Source: Phoronis australis
Taxonomy: Eukaryota; Animalia; Phoronida
Assembly (NCBI GenBank): GCA_002633005.1
Contig: NMRA01000096.1
Location: 885,691-949,690 of the forward strand
DNA: 64,000 bases
Reading direction: 5' to 3'
The notes beneath the pieces were generated by a model that was not told the origin of the DNA, searched no databases, and saw only the letters and a list, made by a program, of their open reading frames with translations. The translations under genes were made by a program, and so were the position numbers. Positions 26,701-39,611 of this stretch are shown here, one piece after another; positions within the stretch are counted from its first letter, which is position 1; every line of letters starts with the position of its first letter.

Positions 26701-29700
26701 AACTGGACGATGAAATTTTCAAAATTCTACTTATTCTCACAAATATGAAAATGTATCAATACCGGGCAATTTGTTGTCGTAATAAAAACCGAGCATAAAA
26801 AACGGTACTTACTTCATGTGAGTACACTATTTTTTGACAGAATTCGCCACCGCTTTTCATATCTCTCGTGAGATTCACCAGATGTCGCTCACAATCGCTC
26901 GCATTGTTCAGCAACTTACATCCGCTGGACCCACCGCCGTAGGACGGCTTCATGATGACCGGGAAGGATAAGTGGTGAAGGGCGCCCAGCAGCTCTTCTT
27001 TGCTTGTCACAGCATAGGTTTGCACTCCATGCTGAAGAAATTGTAATCATGAGAGTAGAGCCGTCAACGGTTAGTAATTGTAATGTACCTCTTTTAAAAC
27101 AATGTGGGTGGAGAACTAACGGTAGATTCCAAGGCTTCTTCTTTTGCCCAGACATTCTGCATACACTATTAACAGGAATTTCCGATAAAGTGACCATCAA
27201 CAGAAAACTGCCCATATGTGTTTCTTTTTTCGGAAACCAATGGCTACTTGAGATGTTTAGAATTCATTCCCCCAAAAATGTGTGCCATTAACTTTTTCAT
27301 TTTGTTGTCCTTAAAAGGACCACTGCTTTTGTGCATAAATTGATCAATTTTAGGTTGAAAAGTGACACTTTGGGACCGTTCACAGTTATCCTTATTTTCA
27401 CAAGTGTGTATACCGTACGCTTTAGGGAGGGCGGACTTGGCTACTATAGCGTGTCTTGACGTTATAAAAATAGCGATGCCAAAAAAACAAAAGGTTTTAT
27501 AATTACTTTTTCACATCGTAAAAACATAATGAAACAAATAACAGCAGAGTTTTCGCCAAGAACCAACCAGGCCTGCAGGGTGAACGACGTTTCGCAAGAC
27601 TACATTTGTACGGCGTTACTCGTCAGTGACCATCACTCACGGTCGCGAAAGCCACCGGATTCAATTAGTCTTTTTTACTGTCTCAATCGATCTACATCCG
27701 TATCACCTTGTAAACAGCCGATCTTACCTCGCCGAGATGTATCGCGTTAACCTGTGGGGAAGGTGAGAAACGAAGCAGCGACGTCAGTGGTTCCGGCTTG
27801 TGCGAACTATGAAGCTGCAAGGAAAGCGGGTATTCGTTTTTTCGATTTCCTCGAGAGCCCATAATGCTTCGGAAGTAACTCGCGGTAGTGAAGTATGAAA
27901 AGTACGCCGTTAATACTAAGTATGAGGCCGTAAAATTTCTTCGCGTGTCTGTCAGTGGCCTGCACTTCGTCGGATCGATTGTTGATCCGTTTTTGATTAT
28001 GGAGAATTGTAGTTGGCCAAGAAAACATAAGCAATTACAATTAATTCAAGGCGCGAGAACATAACGTTTTATATAACTTCTTGTTTGATGACTGGCTCGT
28101 TCGTTAGGTTTCTGTTTGGTCCCGGCTTCGGGTGTAGGATGTTTTCGCCACTTCTTTTTCTCACCCCTAAAAAACGTACATCGAAAGCACACCTTTTTTA
28201 GGTGCTGTGCAAAATCAGGATGCTCCGTGAGACACATCTGCGCTTCTCCAGGAATTCGCATCACTTGCGGAAGTTCGAGGCAGCAAACGGAAGCGTCATG
28301 AGTTAGCTCACTGACACCATGACAAGTTCAAGCGGTTTTCTGAACTATTCATATGTTCTGTTGTCTGTGCACGCTCGCGGAACCTCTCTATTATTTCTTG
28401 CGGTAAATTGGTCCTAGGCCTAGCGAACTTTGTAGGCTACGGTACGTTAAAATACCTAAAATCCGTAACAGCAAAATAAAATAACACGTTTGTTTATTAA
28501 CTCGATGTATTTTTAAGGGTTTTATGTCGAATTTTGATGATTTATTTGTGTAAGACGATGAATTCAAGCGGTAAGCGTGTTGTGAACTGCTGAACAGACT
28601 GCATTCGAACCTCTGACGTCATTGGGTAATTTCAACACCTTCACCTGCCGTCAGGTGTCAGGTAAAAGAGCTGAAGTTATCGAGTGGAACTACTCGATCT
28701 AAATTGATACAAAATAGGTTGTTATTTGGGTGGCATTCTCCTTTAAGGCCGTTTTGTTTCCCCTCGCTCTACACCCACTCCACTGACGTGAATACGTAAA
28801 GCATAATTATCATTTTCTACCTTTTATTACCTGGGCACGCTTTTTTTGCTGCAAAATGTATCTTTCTTCCGTTTAGAATAACATATGTTGTCAGATTGCA
28901 AGACTATTAGGATTGGCGCACATATTTAACGGTCGATAGCGTGACAGAAAACGAGCTAACTTCAAATTTGGCTGATATTTGAGAGCAAGGGCGTGACTGG
29001 GCTATATGAACTGATTAAAAGTACGCGTTGAATAACCAAAAGTTCGCGTTGATTAAGGAAACTACGCGTTGATTAAGCACATTCCAACGCGCAGAAAGGC
29101 CTGGAACCCGATAAACAGACTAAATTGCAATATTGAAAATATTTTTTTGCCAGTGAAACTGAATTTAACCTGCTCATCAAATATTTTTTAGGGTTTGTTC
29201 ATAAATATTTTTAATTTCTGTTGATATCAAAGATTTTCTTTTAGTTTCAAATTTCAAAAAACGATTTGTTAACTGCTCGCCACTTTGTCGATTTTTCTTT
29301 CACAAGGCAAAGCACGTCTCTTTATTTGGAATGGCAAGACATAGGAAATGGAAAATGTGACCTTCGACCACAAGTGACTTCAAGCAACTTACTGTGAGCA
29401 TATGAGCGCATTTATCATAGGTGGGAGGGAGATCAGAAACTCTGTGGTTACCACAGAGTTTTTCCTTCTTGCGTATTTCAAAAATCGTGAATTTGGAGAT
29501 TCTTTCTGGAAATTTCTAGAAAGTGAATTACTTTGTACTAGACGTTGCGAGATGGTACTATGGTCAGGAATTGGTTAAAAGATAGTTTTGAGGGGCTTTC
29601 GCGTTCTATGCCATGGGCGCTTCAGAGATAACACACTCGTACTCTTGCAAGTCGCTACTTACCGCCCATTTTATTTAGTTACATGACCTATATTACTTAT

Positions 29701-32700
29701 ATGAAGATTCCGACACTGATCCGGTGGGCGACAGTCAGTTGCCTGATCGGGACATTGTCTATTCTCTGTCTGCCAGGATTTGCTTTCAAAAATCAACAAT
29801 CAATTAACCATCGGGCAAAGTTAATTTTTCTTATCCCCAAGTGTTTTCTGATCTTAAGAGATACGTGGGATCTGTGCGTGGTCATGCTCCGGCTATATCC
29901 AATTGATAGTCCCCGTTGTGACACAAAATGTAGCACTCGACACATATGCCGAATGTGACAATACATGCCGTCAACATCGGTTCGAGTCTCGGTCGGGGGC
30001 AGAAATCTTTTCGGACTTGTATTTATTAGGTCACGTGATGTGACCAAAAAGACGGCGGATTGAACGGGATAAACTGCTTGCAACATCGCCATTTTTGCTC
30101 GGAACTCAATATGTGTCGAGGGTGACACTGAGACAACACCCACGCTGGTGAATAACCATATCTGCGTTCTCGTTGTTCCGTTTAAGATGCGTTGCACTTT
30201 TAAAAATTTGATTGTTTTTGCCATCACTCAATATAAGAAAAGTGTGAAACTCAAATCCTTCCTTTGATCAATTGTAGAGCCTAATCGTTTCGAAACTCTA
30301 GAACCATTCCGTAGATCGTGACCTAGTCGTCTGCTCTTTTCGAGAATTGCAAATCTCCTAAGATTTTTGAACATTGCTGTAAACAAATATGTCACGCTTG
30401 TACACACGTACTCCAGTTTCCTTACTTTCTGATTGGACTGTTACAAATTATGACGTCATCAAAATGCATATTACATGATTAAATATAAATTGGCCTCGTG
30501 AAACTTCGATAGAGCCTACTTTTGATAAACCTTTGCTTTTAACATTAGTCCAAGACGATTACGAAATTGATAATCCAAGAAAATTGTTCTTACTTTGGAA
30601 TAATTACTTGCACACAACACTTGCTGGCAGGCGAACTTGGACACGGCCGACTTCAAGCTTTGCACACTGTCACAAAGTAGACCCAAACTGGAGCAGATTT
30701 CCGCTTGAACGAGACGCATTAGTTGGCTCATACATAAACAGGCGTCAATCTGAAACGAATGCAATTTAATTTATAGTTTGATGCCGTTTGCAAAAACCGA
30801 AGACTAGCGCGAAGGTCCGTGTCAGCCATCTTTGCGTCCGTGCGTTGCTTCATAATCTGAGAAGGTAGCGGAAACGTTTCGTGAAATCTAAACCGTGTGT
30901 CAGTCACGATCTGAGGCTGGAATTTTTGTGAAGGCGCAGGAAGTGAACAAACGGGAGTCGGATTTGTTCCACCGAAAGAACCCGTTCACGACTCATGCAT
31001 TTCCCAAGATGCACAGAACGAGTCCTCGTCGTCTCCCTTCCTTTGTACAAGATACAACTTTGCGGCAATCTGGGTAAAAACTGGCTAAATAAACTAATTG
31101 GTTTACAGTACTTTTGGACCTCATTTTTGGAATCGGTAGGAAATTTGCCTGTCTTCAGAATCTAATGTTGGCTTTTAAGTTTAGTTAGTCGTGCATCAGC
31201 AGGGAAGTGGTGGTTTTGGGGTAAAAAGTGCCGATTTTGTGTTTTTGCCCCTTTTATCTTAACCTACATTGCTTTTCAGTAGGAGTGAAAGGGCCAAAAA
31301 TACAAGGCATAATAAAGTTTCTGTGCTCATCTGTAGGGCTTTTGATTTGAAATTACTGAAAAAATTGTCATGCTTTGCATACGGTTTTCGACAGAGTGAA
31401 GAAAAGGTGACGAATCCAGTGACATGTGTTTTGTTGCGCAAAACCCAGTGAAAACTGTTCTGGTCCCTCTTAGTTTGCAAGAAATACGAAGCGATGATGC
31501 CACGACACCTATAAGGCAAGACCCAGGGCTAGATTTTTATCACGTAACTTTCCAAATACACACGGCCGGAAATCCCTGTCAGGAAACTGTGGTCACTGCT
31601 CCACTGGCTGAGAAGAGTTGAGAAGAGTGTTACTAGGTGCCAACAGCTAGTTTTACGCTATATTGTCCTCTCATTTCATTGCTCAAATGAGGAAAACAAA
31701 GACTTTCGTGGGCAGACAGAATGATTCGCGATACACAAGCACATACAATAGACAATAGTCATTCTTCATCCGCAGACATTGGCGTTGTTTTGATTCCGAA
31801 CCAAACAATACTATTTTTGTGAATGACTAAGGGATCCGCCGGGTTGAACGTTCCCTTATTGTTTTACAGGTAAATGTTAAGTATTTACTATGCGGGCTTG
31901 ATGAGTTCATCTACGAACATAACATATGGCGTACAGGCCAGTAGGTCAAATAAAAACGTTGGTCAATGAAGAAAGTCTTCTCTTGCCAATCATTGTCAAT
32001 GCTGCACAGCCTTGCAGACTTCATACAAGCAACAAACTTGTTGGAAAAGATTTCCAAGTTTACATGTCACTATTCCGAAGGTTCACTACTCCATAGGTCC
32101 GCTACTCCAAAGGTTCACTACTCCGAAGGTTCGCTACCTTCAAAAGCTCACTACTTCGAATGTGTACAACTTCAAACCACAATTCCGACAGTTCATTACT
32201 CTAATTGTCTGCTAATGAGTCGGAACTGACATGAATAAAGTATTGTATTTTTGTCCATTTAGTAACCATTTAAAGGGTGTGCAAGAGTTGAAGTTCTTAA
32301 AACATTGATTACATTATTTATAAATCAATGAGCTCAGTTCCTATCACTTCCACTCGGGATTCTTGAATCTAACTAACGACTCATTCAAGCATGGACATCT
32401 AGGGCACGGGTCAGGGCTGCGCTGATCAAAGGCGGTTTTAAAATTAAGATTAAATGGGACCCTCTTACTTCGTGGAGATTGGCGGGGACTTTTAACTTCA
32501 TTAATTTTCTACCCGGTCGCGTGCGTGGTTTGGCAGTGGGTGAGGTTGAAGCGCAGCGGCTCTAAAGTTTTCAGTCTCGCTGTGAAATGATGTGATCTTG
32601 ACAAGGATTTGATGATGTATCGTGGTTGATAATTCATCAATATTCCTACTTCATAATCTTTTAAAAATGAAAGTACTTACTCATTTTTCAGTATTCGTAA

Positions 32701-34626
32701 GACATGCGGGCAATTTCGCATGCACAAGAAATCCAAACAAAGTGTTTTAGTACCCGAGGGTTGTTTTCGGTATAGACACACCACTCAGTACATTTAATAG
32801 TCGTAGTATCGTTAACTTTGCATGTAAAAGTGTATAAATTACACGCGAGTCCGAAATTTTTGATATTTTCGGAGTAGTGATCCTCCGGAGTAGTGAACCT
32901 TCAAAGTAGTGAACCTTCGGAATAGTGAACCTTATGAGTAGAGAACCTTCGAAATAGTGAGCTGTTCCCGTTTCCAGCGATGTAAGCAACTTAAACAACA
33001 CGCAAATTTACAACCAGATAAAATTTTCGTCAAGTCGTTCTCTCAGTGACTTCATATTTCCGCCCGAGTATGTAATGAGGTGTAATCACTCATTTAGGCT
33101 AAACAAGCCTGGTTTAAAAGTTTGGTAGTCGAGGTAAGGATTTTTGTTGCATTCAAGAGTTTAAATAAATCGTTAATTGGTCATTAATTAGTAGTCGTCT
33201 TAATTAATAACCCCAGGCATTTTCGTGTCGTTAAGTTGCATCATTTTAATTTGGGTGGTGATTAGAATGAAATAAACTTGAAACGGATGGTGCACTCGTA
33301 ATTTTATTTAAATGGATTTTTGGCCCTCTTTTGGACCCCACAGGGACCAAAGCCCAGGATTGCGTAACTTAAGATGCCTCTTTCGTTTAATGGTTGGTGA
33401 TTTACAATAGAATTAAGCACTCAAACCTTTTTCACTCAAAAGTGTGAATAAACTCCTGCTGGCTCTCCAACTAACAGCACTGATTGAAAAGTGGCCAATA
33501 CGTTTTAGGATGGTGATTGCCAAGTGCACACCTTACACAGGGTCTCCGCTTGTGCACCAGACTACCTGACGGACCCTGCTTGATGCGCGATTACGTTTTG
33601 ATAGAGAAAGTGTAGATCTATTTTAGGAGCCAATTTCTCAGAAAATGCCAAATCAGTAATTAACGCGTCAACATTGTAAGCTGCTCATACAGGTCTCTTA
33701 AAAAAACAGAAGTGAATACATTTTACACGCTCAACTGGTTTCGTAGGTCACATAGCATAGGCGGATTTAGGTTGCCGCAAGGAAAATGAAAGAGCAACAA
33801 CGCGAAGCGTGAGGAAATATTGAGGCCAGTAAGAAGTAGGAGCGGTATCGAATGGGGGGACAGACAGCAAACAACCGTGTTCCCGTTTTTTTTTTAGTCC
33901 TCCGATAGACTTTGCGAACAGGAAGTGCTCATCCTCGGACCCCCGAAACTTTCGGGCCGCGTGTGCATACAATCGCGCTTTGCCCAATTCCCCGAGACAA
34001 CATATTGGCCCTCCTTATGTTATCCTAGATCCGCCACTGCATAGTAAGATATTTGAGAGTGAACGTGGTCACTATTTGAGCATATCATGTGCTTCGCTTG
34101 AAACGCATGCCGAACTCGGATCTCTCAAGAAAGTTGTTCTACGGGACCTCTCAAGTCCATGGGTGGCGCGCCATAGGGGGCTGGGGGAGGGGCTATAGCC
34201 CCACTTTTTCAGTGCTGTTCCGCCCATGGTCTATAGGCAGTGCACCACTCTGGGAGGGGGGGGGCTGGGGGCTTTAGCCCCCCACTTTTTTAGTGCTGCG
34301 CCGCCCATGAAGTCATAGTTTATACTTGCCTTTAGGTCGTTTGTCTGGAGCCATTCGATAACGCCGTCCGCTACTGCTTTCTCTGGTCGCTGGTCCCAGT
34401 TTTCCAACACCCTTTCAGTGACAAATACATCCACAATGCCCATATCCGCGAGTTGCTCGATCCATACCTGATCCCCCGTTCTCGATTGAAGGACCATGTA
34501 CAATGATTTCAATCCAAGGTTTTTTAACATTGCCCATACCGAAGTGTTCAAATCTGCTTCTTGTGTTATAAATAATCTGTTACCTATGTAAAGTAACCGC
34601 TTCTCCCTCAAAGCTAATTCCGCCAT
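23797..34626 (-). CDS. Stand-alone ATP-grasp ligase, carnosine synthase 1 (CARNS1) C-terminal-domain-like / L-amino-acid-ligase-like. Exons 34626-34330, 30749-30594, (27751-27728), 27031-26813, 24489-23797; 454 aa, or 462 aa with the microexon
   Basis: All junctions are phase 0 and join into one ORF. Motifs LREKRLLYIG, IDACL...LGL...SK, LSFPVIMKPSYGGGSSGCKL, YSVDVAI, GLHNGIYDVD and KLLEINPRPPG match the order of ATP-grasp/CARNS1 motifs as I recall them. The first donor is GC (AAG|gcaagt). Confidence 0.82.
32066..32969. mobile_element. Foldback-like element with terminal inverted arrays of a ~17-bp unit (aggttcactactccgaa)
   Basis: About 5-6 units at 32066-32200 and their reverse complements (ttcggagtagtgaacct) at 32868-32965. 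Confidence 0.7.
33756..34039. mobile_element. MITE family A (TIR cataggcggatttagg / cctagatccgccactg), 5-bp TSD catag
   Basis: TIR and TSD are read directly from the sequence. Related copies occur at 39267, 42736, 43667 and 62993. Confidence 0.8.
34158..34309. repeat. Two adjacent ~72-80 bp palindromic mini-elements (catgggtggcgc...gggggct...agcccc...gcccatg)
   Basis: Each has short terminal inverted repeats and an internal gggct/agccc hairpin. They lie at the start of intron 1 of the ATP-grasp gene. Confidence 0.55.
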
Positions 34627-36421
34627 ATGACCGCACAACACCGGAGACAGATCTTACCGTCGACTCACTACAGGGAATGGACTAGTGTAGGCTGTGTTTG
34701 CGCGCTGACTTGGAGCGCGGCGAGGCTAAGGTCACGGGGGTACTCTGATATTCTTAGCGGGAGTTGTGCAACAGAAGCATTTGGATATTTCATGAGAGAA
34801 ACACCCTTTCGTAGAAGTTTTGTTAGGATAATCTACAGTAAACAGTGTTTAATATTTGGATACATATATGAATTTGTTTTTATATACGCAGTTCAGTTGC
34901 CAACCAAATTCTTGTTGCAGGAGTTTACACAAGGGGTAGCGTTTTTCGTCGGGCAAAGGCGGTTGCGCAACGCTCCTTTCTAAATGCGACAAAGCAGCTC
35001 AGTGGTTGCGTCACGGACAAAACGAAAAATGTAGACAAGCCGTAGAGTTACCTGCAAGGGTGCATTGCATGGTTTTTGATTTATATGTTTACTTCATTTA
35101 TGCTCGACTGAATCATGGCGTACTGTGATGTAGCCCATGTGGGTCAACGTAGCTATACGTTCCCTGTTGTATGAAAACCGGACACATGTAGCCATATAGG
35201 CGATACGTGTGTAAGTACACCAACCCTAGAGGTCGTGTAAATGTAAATTTACGCAAGTGCACCTGGCACGTGTGAACGCCATTTAATCCAGGAAGGTCGG
35301 AATGGGATTTTATGATGATGATTAGGGAGAGTAGTCCATTCATCGCATTTTTAATTCACTTTCTCGCACATTCTCAGGACTAAAAACAGAAAACGATCAA
35401 TTGTATTCTATAGTGAAACAGCATTACACTGAACTTTCTCTACAAATCAAAAACCAGGTTTCGCAATAAATGAAGTAATGTACATAGAGTTGTTAACATG
35501 GTTGAAACAAATGTCAATGCCTATTGACATTCGTACCTCGGCGACATAGTGACGTTAATTTAACTTTTCATATTCAATTATGATATATCTATTTATCGAA
35601 TGATTGTTTTTAAGAAAATTTTCGGATTAAAATTGTATAAACAGATTTTCGATGACATCTGTTAGACATGAAGTGACTTATAACTTATTCTATTTGTTGT
35701 TAATTCATTAATTCATTTATTGAATAGTTATTTGTTAGCTGACCGATTTATTGGGTTCAAAACAATATTCTGCCTCAGACAACAAAAATAATAACAGACC
35801 ATAATTGACTGTGCAAATTCATGTTATTTACTGAGTGAAAACTCCTTCGTGACAAACATTGAATAGTTTCGATAAAATAAATGCCTATCATAAACATATC
35901 TTCATTGTTTTATTTTTATTCTTAGAAGTGCCCACAATAGCGTGCTTCTTAGTGATCTCAGAAATCCAAGAACTGGACTTGAGAAATGTTCTGCGATGTG
36001 GCCATATTCAGAGTCACCTTTTGAAGGTTTGTTCCATAAAATGGGCATTTTTAACCTTTATGAACACAGGCTATGCATTTAGTGAAAAGCTCATTTTGAT
36101 TGAATGTGCTTGAGTAATCTTGATCAAAATTGGTGAAAAAATATGATTTTAGACCGAAGTTAAGCAAATGTTTTTCACGAGATTCCATGTGCTCCTCCTA
36201 ATGTGACAGTGACTCGCCAGGTCATTTTTAAACTCTTAAAATATGGTTAATAAGTTCCATCAGGTATGTTGAGTCAGACTGGCTTATAGAAACAAAACAA
36301 ATCTCTTGAATCGCAGAACAACATCAAGATTCTATTTTCTATACATGGTCTAGACAAGAAGACTTAGCCTTGAAAACTAGCCCATTGCACGAATGGTTTT
36401 AGGTATTGTGAATAGAGACCA

Positions 36422-36561
36422 GCCTCTCGTTCAGTAAAGCTAGGACCTCGCTAAAAAGCAAGACTTCGCGAGATTACGTGATATGTTGCCGTGAATTTTA
36501 AATGAGAACACGTGACTTTGGCTAAATTTTAGCTAGGTCCTAGCGTTACTGAACGCACGCC
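36422..36561. mobile_element. Short MITE-like inverted repeat
   Basis: cgttcagtaaagctaggacctcgctaaaa ... ttttagctaggtcctagcgttactgaacg. Confidence 0.6.
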
Positions 36562-39266
36562 AAATTTACAGTGGACAATTGTGCACGCTATTCAATTACA
36601 TAACTCAGTTTCAACATGGGCTAGAAAGCCAGTGTCGGTGACTAACACCACAAGTCGGAGCATACCCGCCAGAGAGTACCCTCTGACACAGCGCCACCTT
36701 TACTGAAAAGTGGCCCTGTGGAAACATGATGAACGAACACGGAATTCCGTGTGTGGCCCAACGCGCATACTTAGTCGGAAGTTTATCAATCACATCGCCA
36801 CCACTTGCAATCGCCTTCAATGTAGGCTACTGTACTTATTTGGGCTTAGCGACGGATCGGGGGTTTCCTTGATTTTATTTACTGACAAATCTCAAATCTT
36901 AGTAAATTTTGAAATAAGACTTAAATTTGTCTCGATACTGTTTCAGGAAAGAGATCTTATGTTTGAATTAAGTATTTGATAAAAGTTTTGTCTTAATTTT
37001 AACTATCTTACCAGATGTGGAAGTTTCAAAGTATGGAAGTTAAGACAAATCCTAGACTTAAGTAAAAAATGAACTTAAGTCAGTTTCTTGGAACGAGCCC
37101 CTTATCTCAAAGGGCATTCTAATTCAAAAACTTAAATGTATGAACCAAATTAAGTGATATGTAACATAGCATAACGTTAACATCCTTTGTGTTATCAAAC
37201 TAAAAGCCTTTTTAGTACAATTTTGTACCTCGGCCGAGATGGGAAAAACATCAACTATTCCCGTCTATTTCCGTGGCCTGAGTTCCTGTGTGTCAGTTCA
37301 AGAACTATTCCTGAATGCCCGGTCATGTCCTTGAAAGCGTATTGACATCACCGTGAGCGTAAATGCGTTGTTACTTTTTTGGTAGGTTTTGATTCCCATT
37401 TTGGTTCTTTTTATACAAACTTGACTATTTATTGTCCAAATTTTAAATGTTCTTTGCATATGACGAATGGTACTTTTAAGTGAACTAATTGTTCACAGTT
37501 TAAAAACTGTGAACAGTTAGTTCACTAAGGATTGTGACCAATAATTGCTATTTCTTGCTCGACTCCAGCAAGTCTTGGGTTTCAGTCATTGACAAAATTT
37601 TCCTTTGAATATTTCTCCTTGCCATGGCAATGCATCGCGAGCTAAATATCGTGCGGTGTATTCACCTTTATCTGACATATCCTGTGCTTTTAACGACTCC
37701 AAATGAAATGTAAATTGGTTCAAAGAAACATATTTGTGCAAGGTCGTCTTGAACGCAAACAATAACTTACTGAATGTTTCGGTGGCTGGAGAAGCGGTGC
37801 CATAAATTTCTGCAAGATTGACTACCAGCAAAGAAGTTTAGCTGTGAGCTGAACACTGAAGCTAGTTGTCTTGAGTTGCTGATCATGTGTATGTGTGCAG
37901 GTTGTTGAAATAACGACGTTTTTGTCTAGAGTGAAAGAGCATTTGTATTACGGTCTCCGCTCTTGCATCGGGGAAGTCGTGAATATGTGATTTTGGGTAA
38001 AAATGGACAAAATTGCACTTTTTTAATCATTTTTGCCGTCTCATTTTTTTTCCGGTGGACGTAACCTAGGTAAAAGGACATGGCTTTGTGGAATTTCTGC
38101 ATCAGTGAAAAACCCCATAGAGTGTACTTTCTGTCAGTTGTACCGGTACCTTTTCACAAGTGCTTTAAGACGGATTGCAAAAAAGACTTTCATTGACCCA
38201 GACCAATGATAAAATTAAAATCAGTCAATCGAAATGTGGTCGTTGCACGTATTGGGACGAAAAATTCTTGCATCTATTTTACTGCCCTACACAACAAAAC
38301 AAAATGATTACGACACTGAAACGCCGTTCAGCGACTCTCCTTTAGCAGAGCTCTTAGTATGGTGAGTACGTTTAGCAATGCAAAATTCAAGGTCTGCCGC
38401 TAATCAGTTTTGTCGTCTGCTTCCATTCACTTACATCGAAGAATTTGAATTCTTGGTTGATGCACTGCCAAAATTACGAATAGCGTATTTCTTCGCATAT
38501 TGTATCAAGTATTTATAAATGTAAAGATACTTATTTAACGTTTTTGTTTCAAGAGTTTTATTAATCTAGTAAATTTGATCGGATTAAAATGTGCCACGGC
38601 AACAATTTCTGGTCCCGTTTGTTTACAATTAAAACTTGTCAACTGAGCAGCTCTTCTCAAAAGCGTCCCTTAAAAGGCCCGTTGCTTGTACTTTGTATAC
38701 GCCCTAGGTATAGTGTGTTATTTAAAATAGTCGTTGAATAAGTCTACATAAATTTTGTAGTATACCCGTACACAAGTACTGAAGTTCCTCTTTATTCAAG
38801 CTTCGTTAGGAAAGGCTGGATGAAAACAAAGATGACAATTTTGATGACAGTTGCAACACTTTAAATAGATGTCGCTGTTCACCAACCATGGTTATCACTA
38901 ACCCTGCCTCGTTCACTTCCTGTTGTTCATAGATCTACAAGTAATCCCGAACCGTAGGCTAAGGAACAGACGGCCAACACAACCAACCAAATTGCGAAAG
39001 CCATCGCCTGTGTGTTGTTGAAGTTCTTCACAAACATTTGTGACGAAAACTGACGTAGAAACTAATAGAAAATTGCATAATTACGCTATCTTCATTCTCT
39101 TCCCGACCCATTTATAAGAAAAGGGTGACTTTTTGTATAGTTTTTTCCCTTTGTTGATAGTGCATCATTTTTTAAAAATGCATTAACGGTGTCGAATGCA
39201 TTGATTTGAACCTAAAATTAAATTAATTATAACATTATAAAATTTTAAAAATTATTTTTTTTTCTC

Positions 39267-39611
39267 TTAGGGGGGCAGGGCCCCCCCCCCCCTTGGATGC
39301 CGCAAGCAAAATTAAACAGCGTGAACTAAAGCGTGAGGAAATAATGAGTTCAGGAGCTAGCACCGGTTGCGCACGAAGGGGCGGGGGGCCAGACGCGGAA
39401 AGACGTTCCTTGTTTTTACTCCACCGATAGATTTTCTGGACAGGAGGTCTACATCGTCGGCCCCCGCCTGTGCACATACAACTGCGCTTTCCCCAATTCC
39501 CTAAGGATGTTGCCCCCCTTATGGTATCCTAGATCCGCCACTGCACGCGCTTTGCCCAATTCCCCGAGGCAACATGTTGCCCCCCCCTTATGGTATCCTA
39601 GATCCGCCACT
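39267..39611. mobile_element. MITE family A composite (left-truncated copy plus a second right end)
   Basis: Two successive right ends cccccttatggtatcctagatccgccactg ending at 39543 and 39611. The second matches 43910-43977 and shares the flank atatt. Confidence 0.7.

Larger units (their letters stand above)
17185..28475. repeat. Direct duplication 17185-23667 vs 23669-28475 joined at N 23668; probable uncollapsed haplotypes
   Basis: Both start agagacgaaccaatgtctg and end gtaacagcaaa. Coding exons look identical. Differences are SNPs, small indels and a 1.7 kb LINE in the first copy only. Confidence 0.85.

Noticed and set aside
29021-29078. Three ~20-bp tandem repeats (acgcgttgattaa), and a 27-bp duplication at ~12985-13045
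   Set aside because: Short local duplications with no further supporting structure.
29793-30227. 144-aa ORF containing VDGMYC as a candidate missing ATP-grasp exon
   Set aside because: No suitable splice sites. The exon at 30749-30594 fits both homology and phase.
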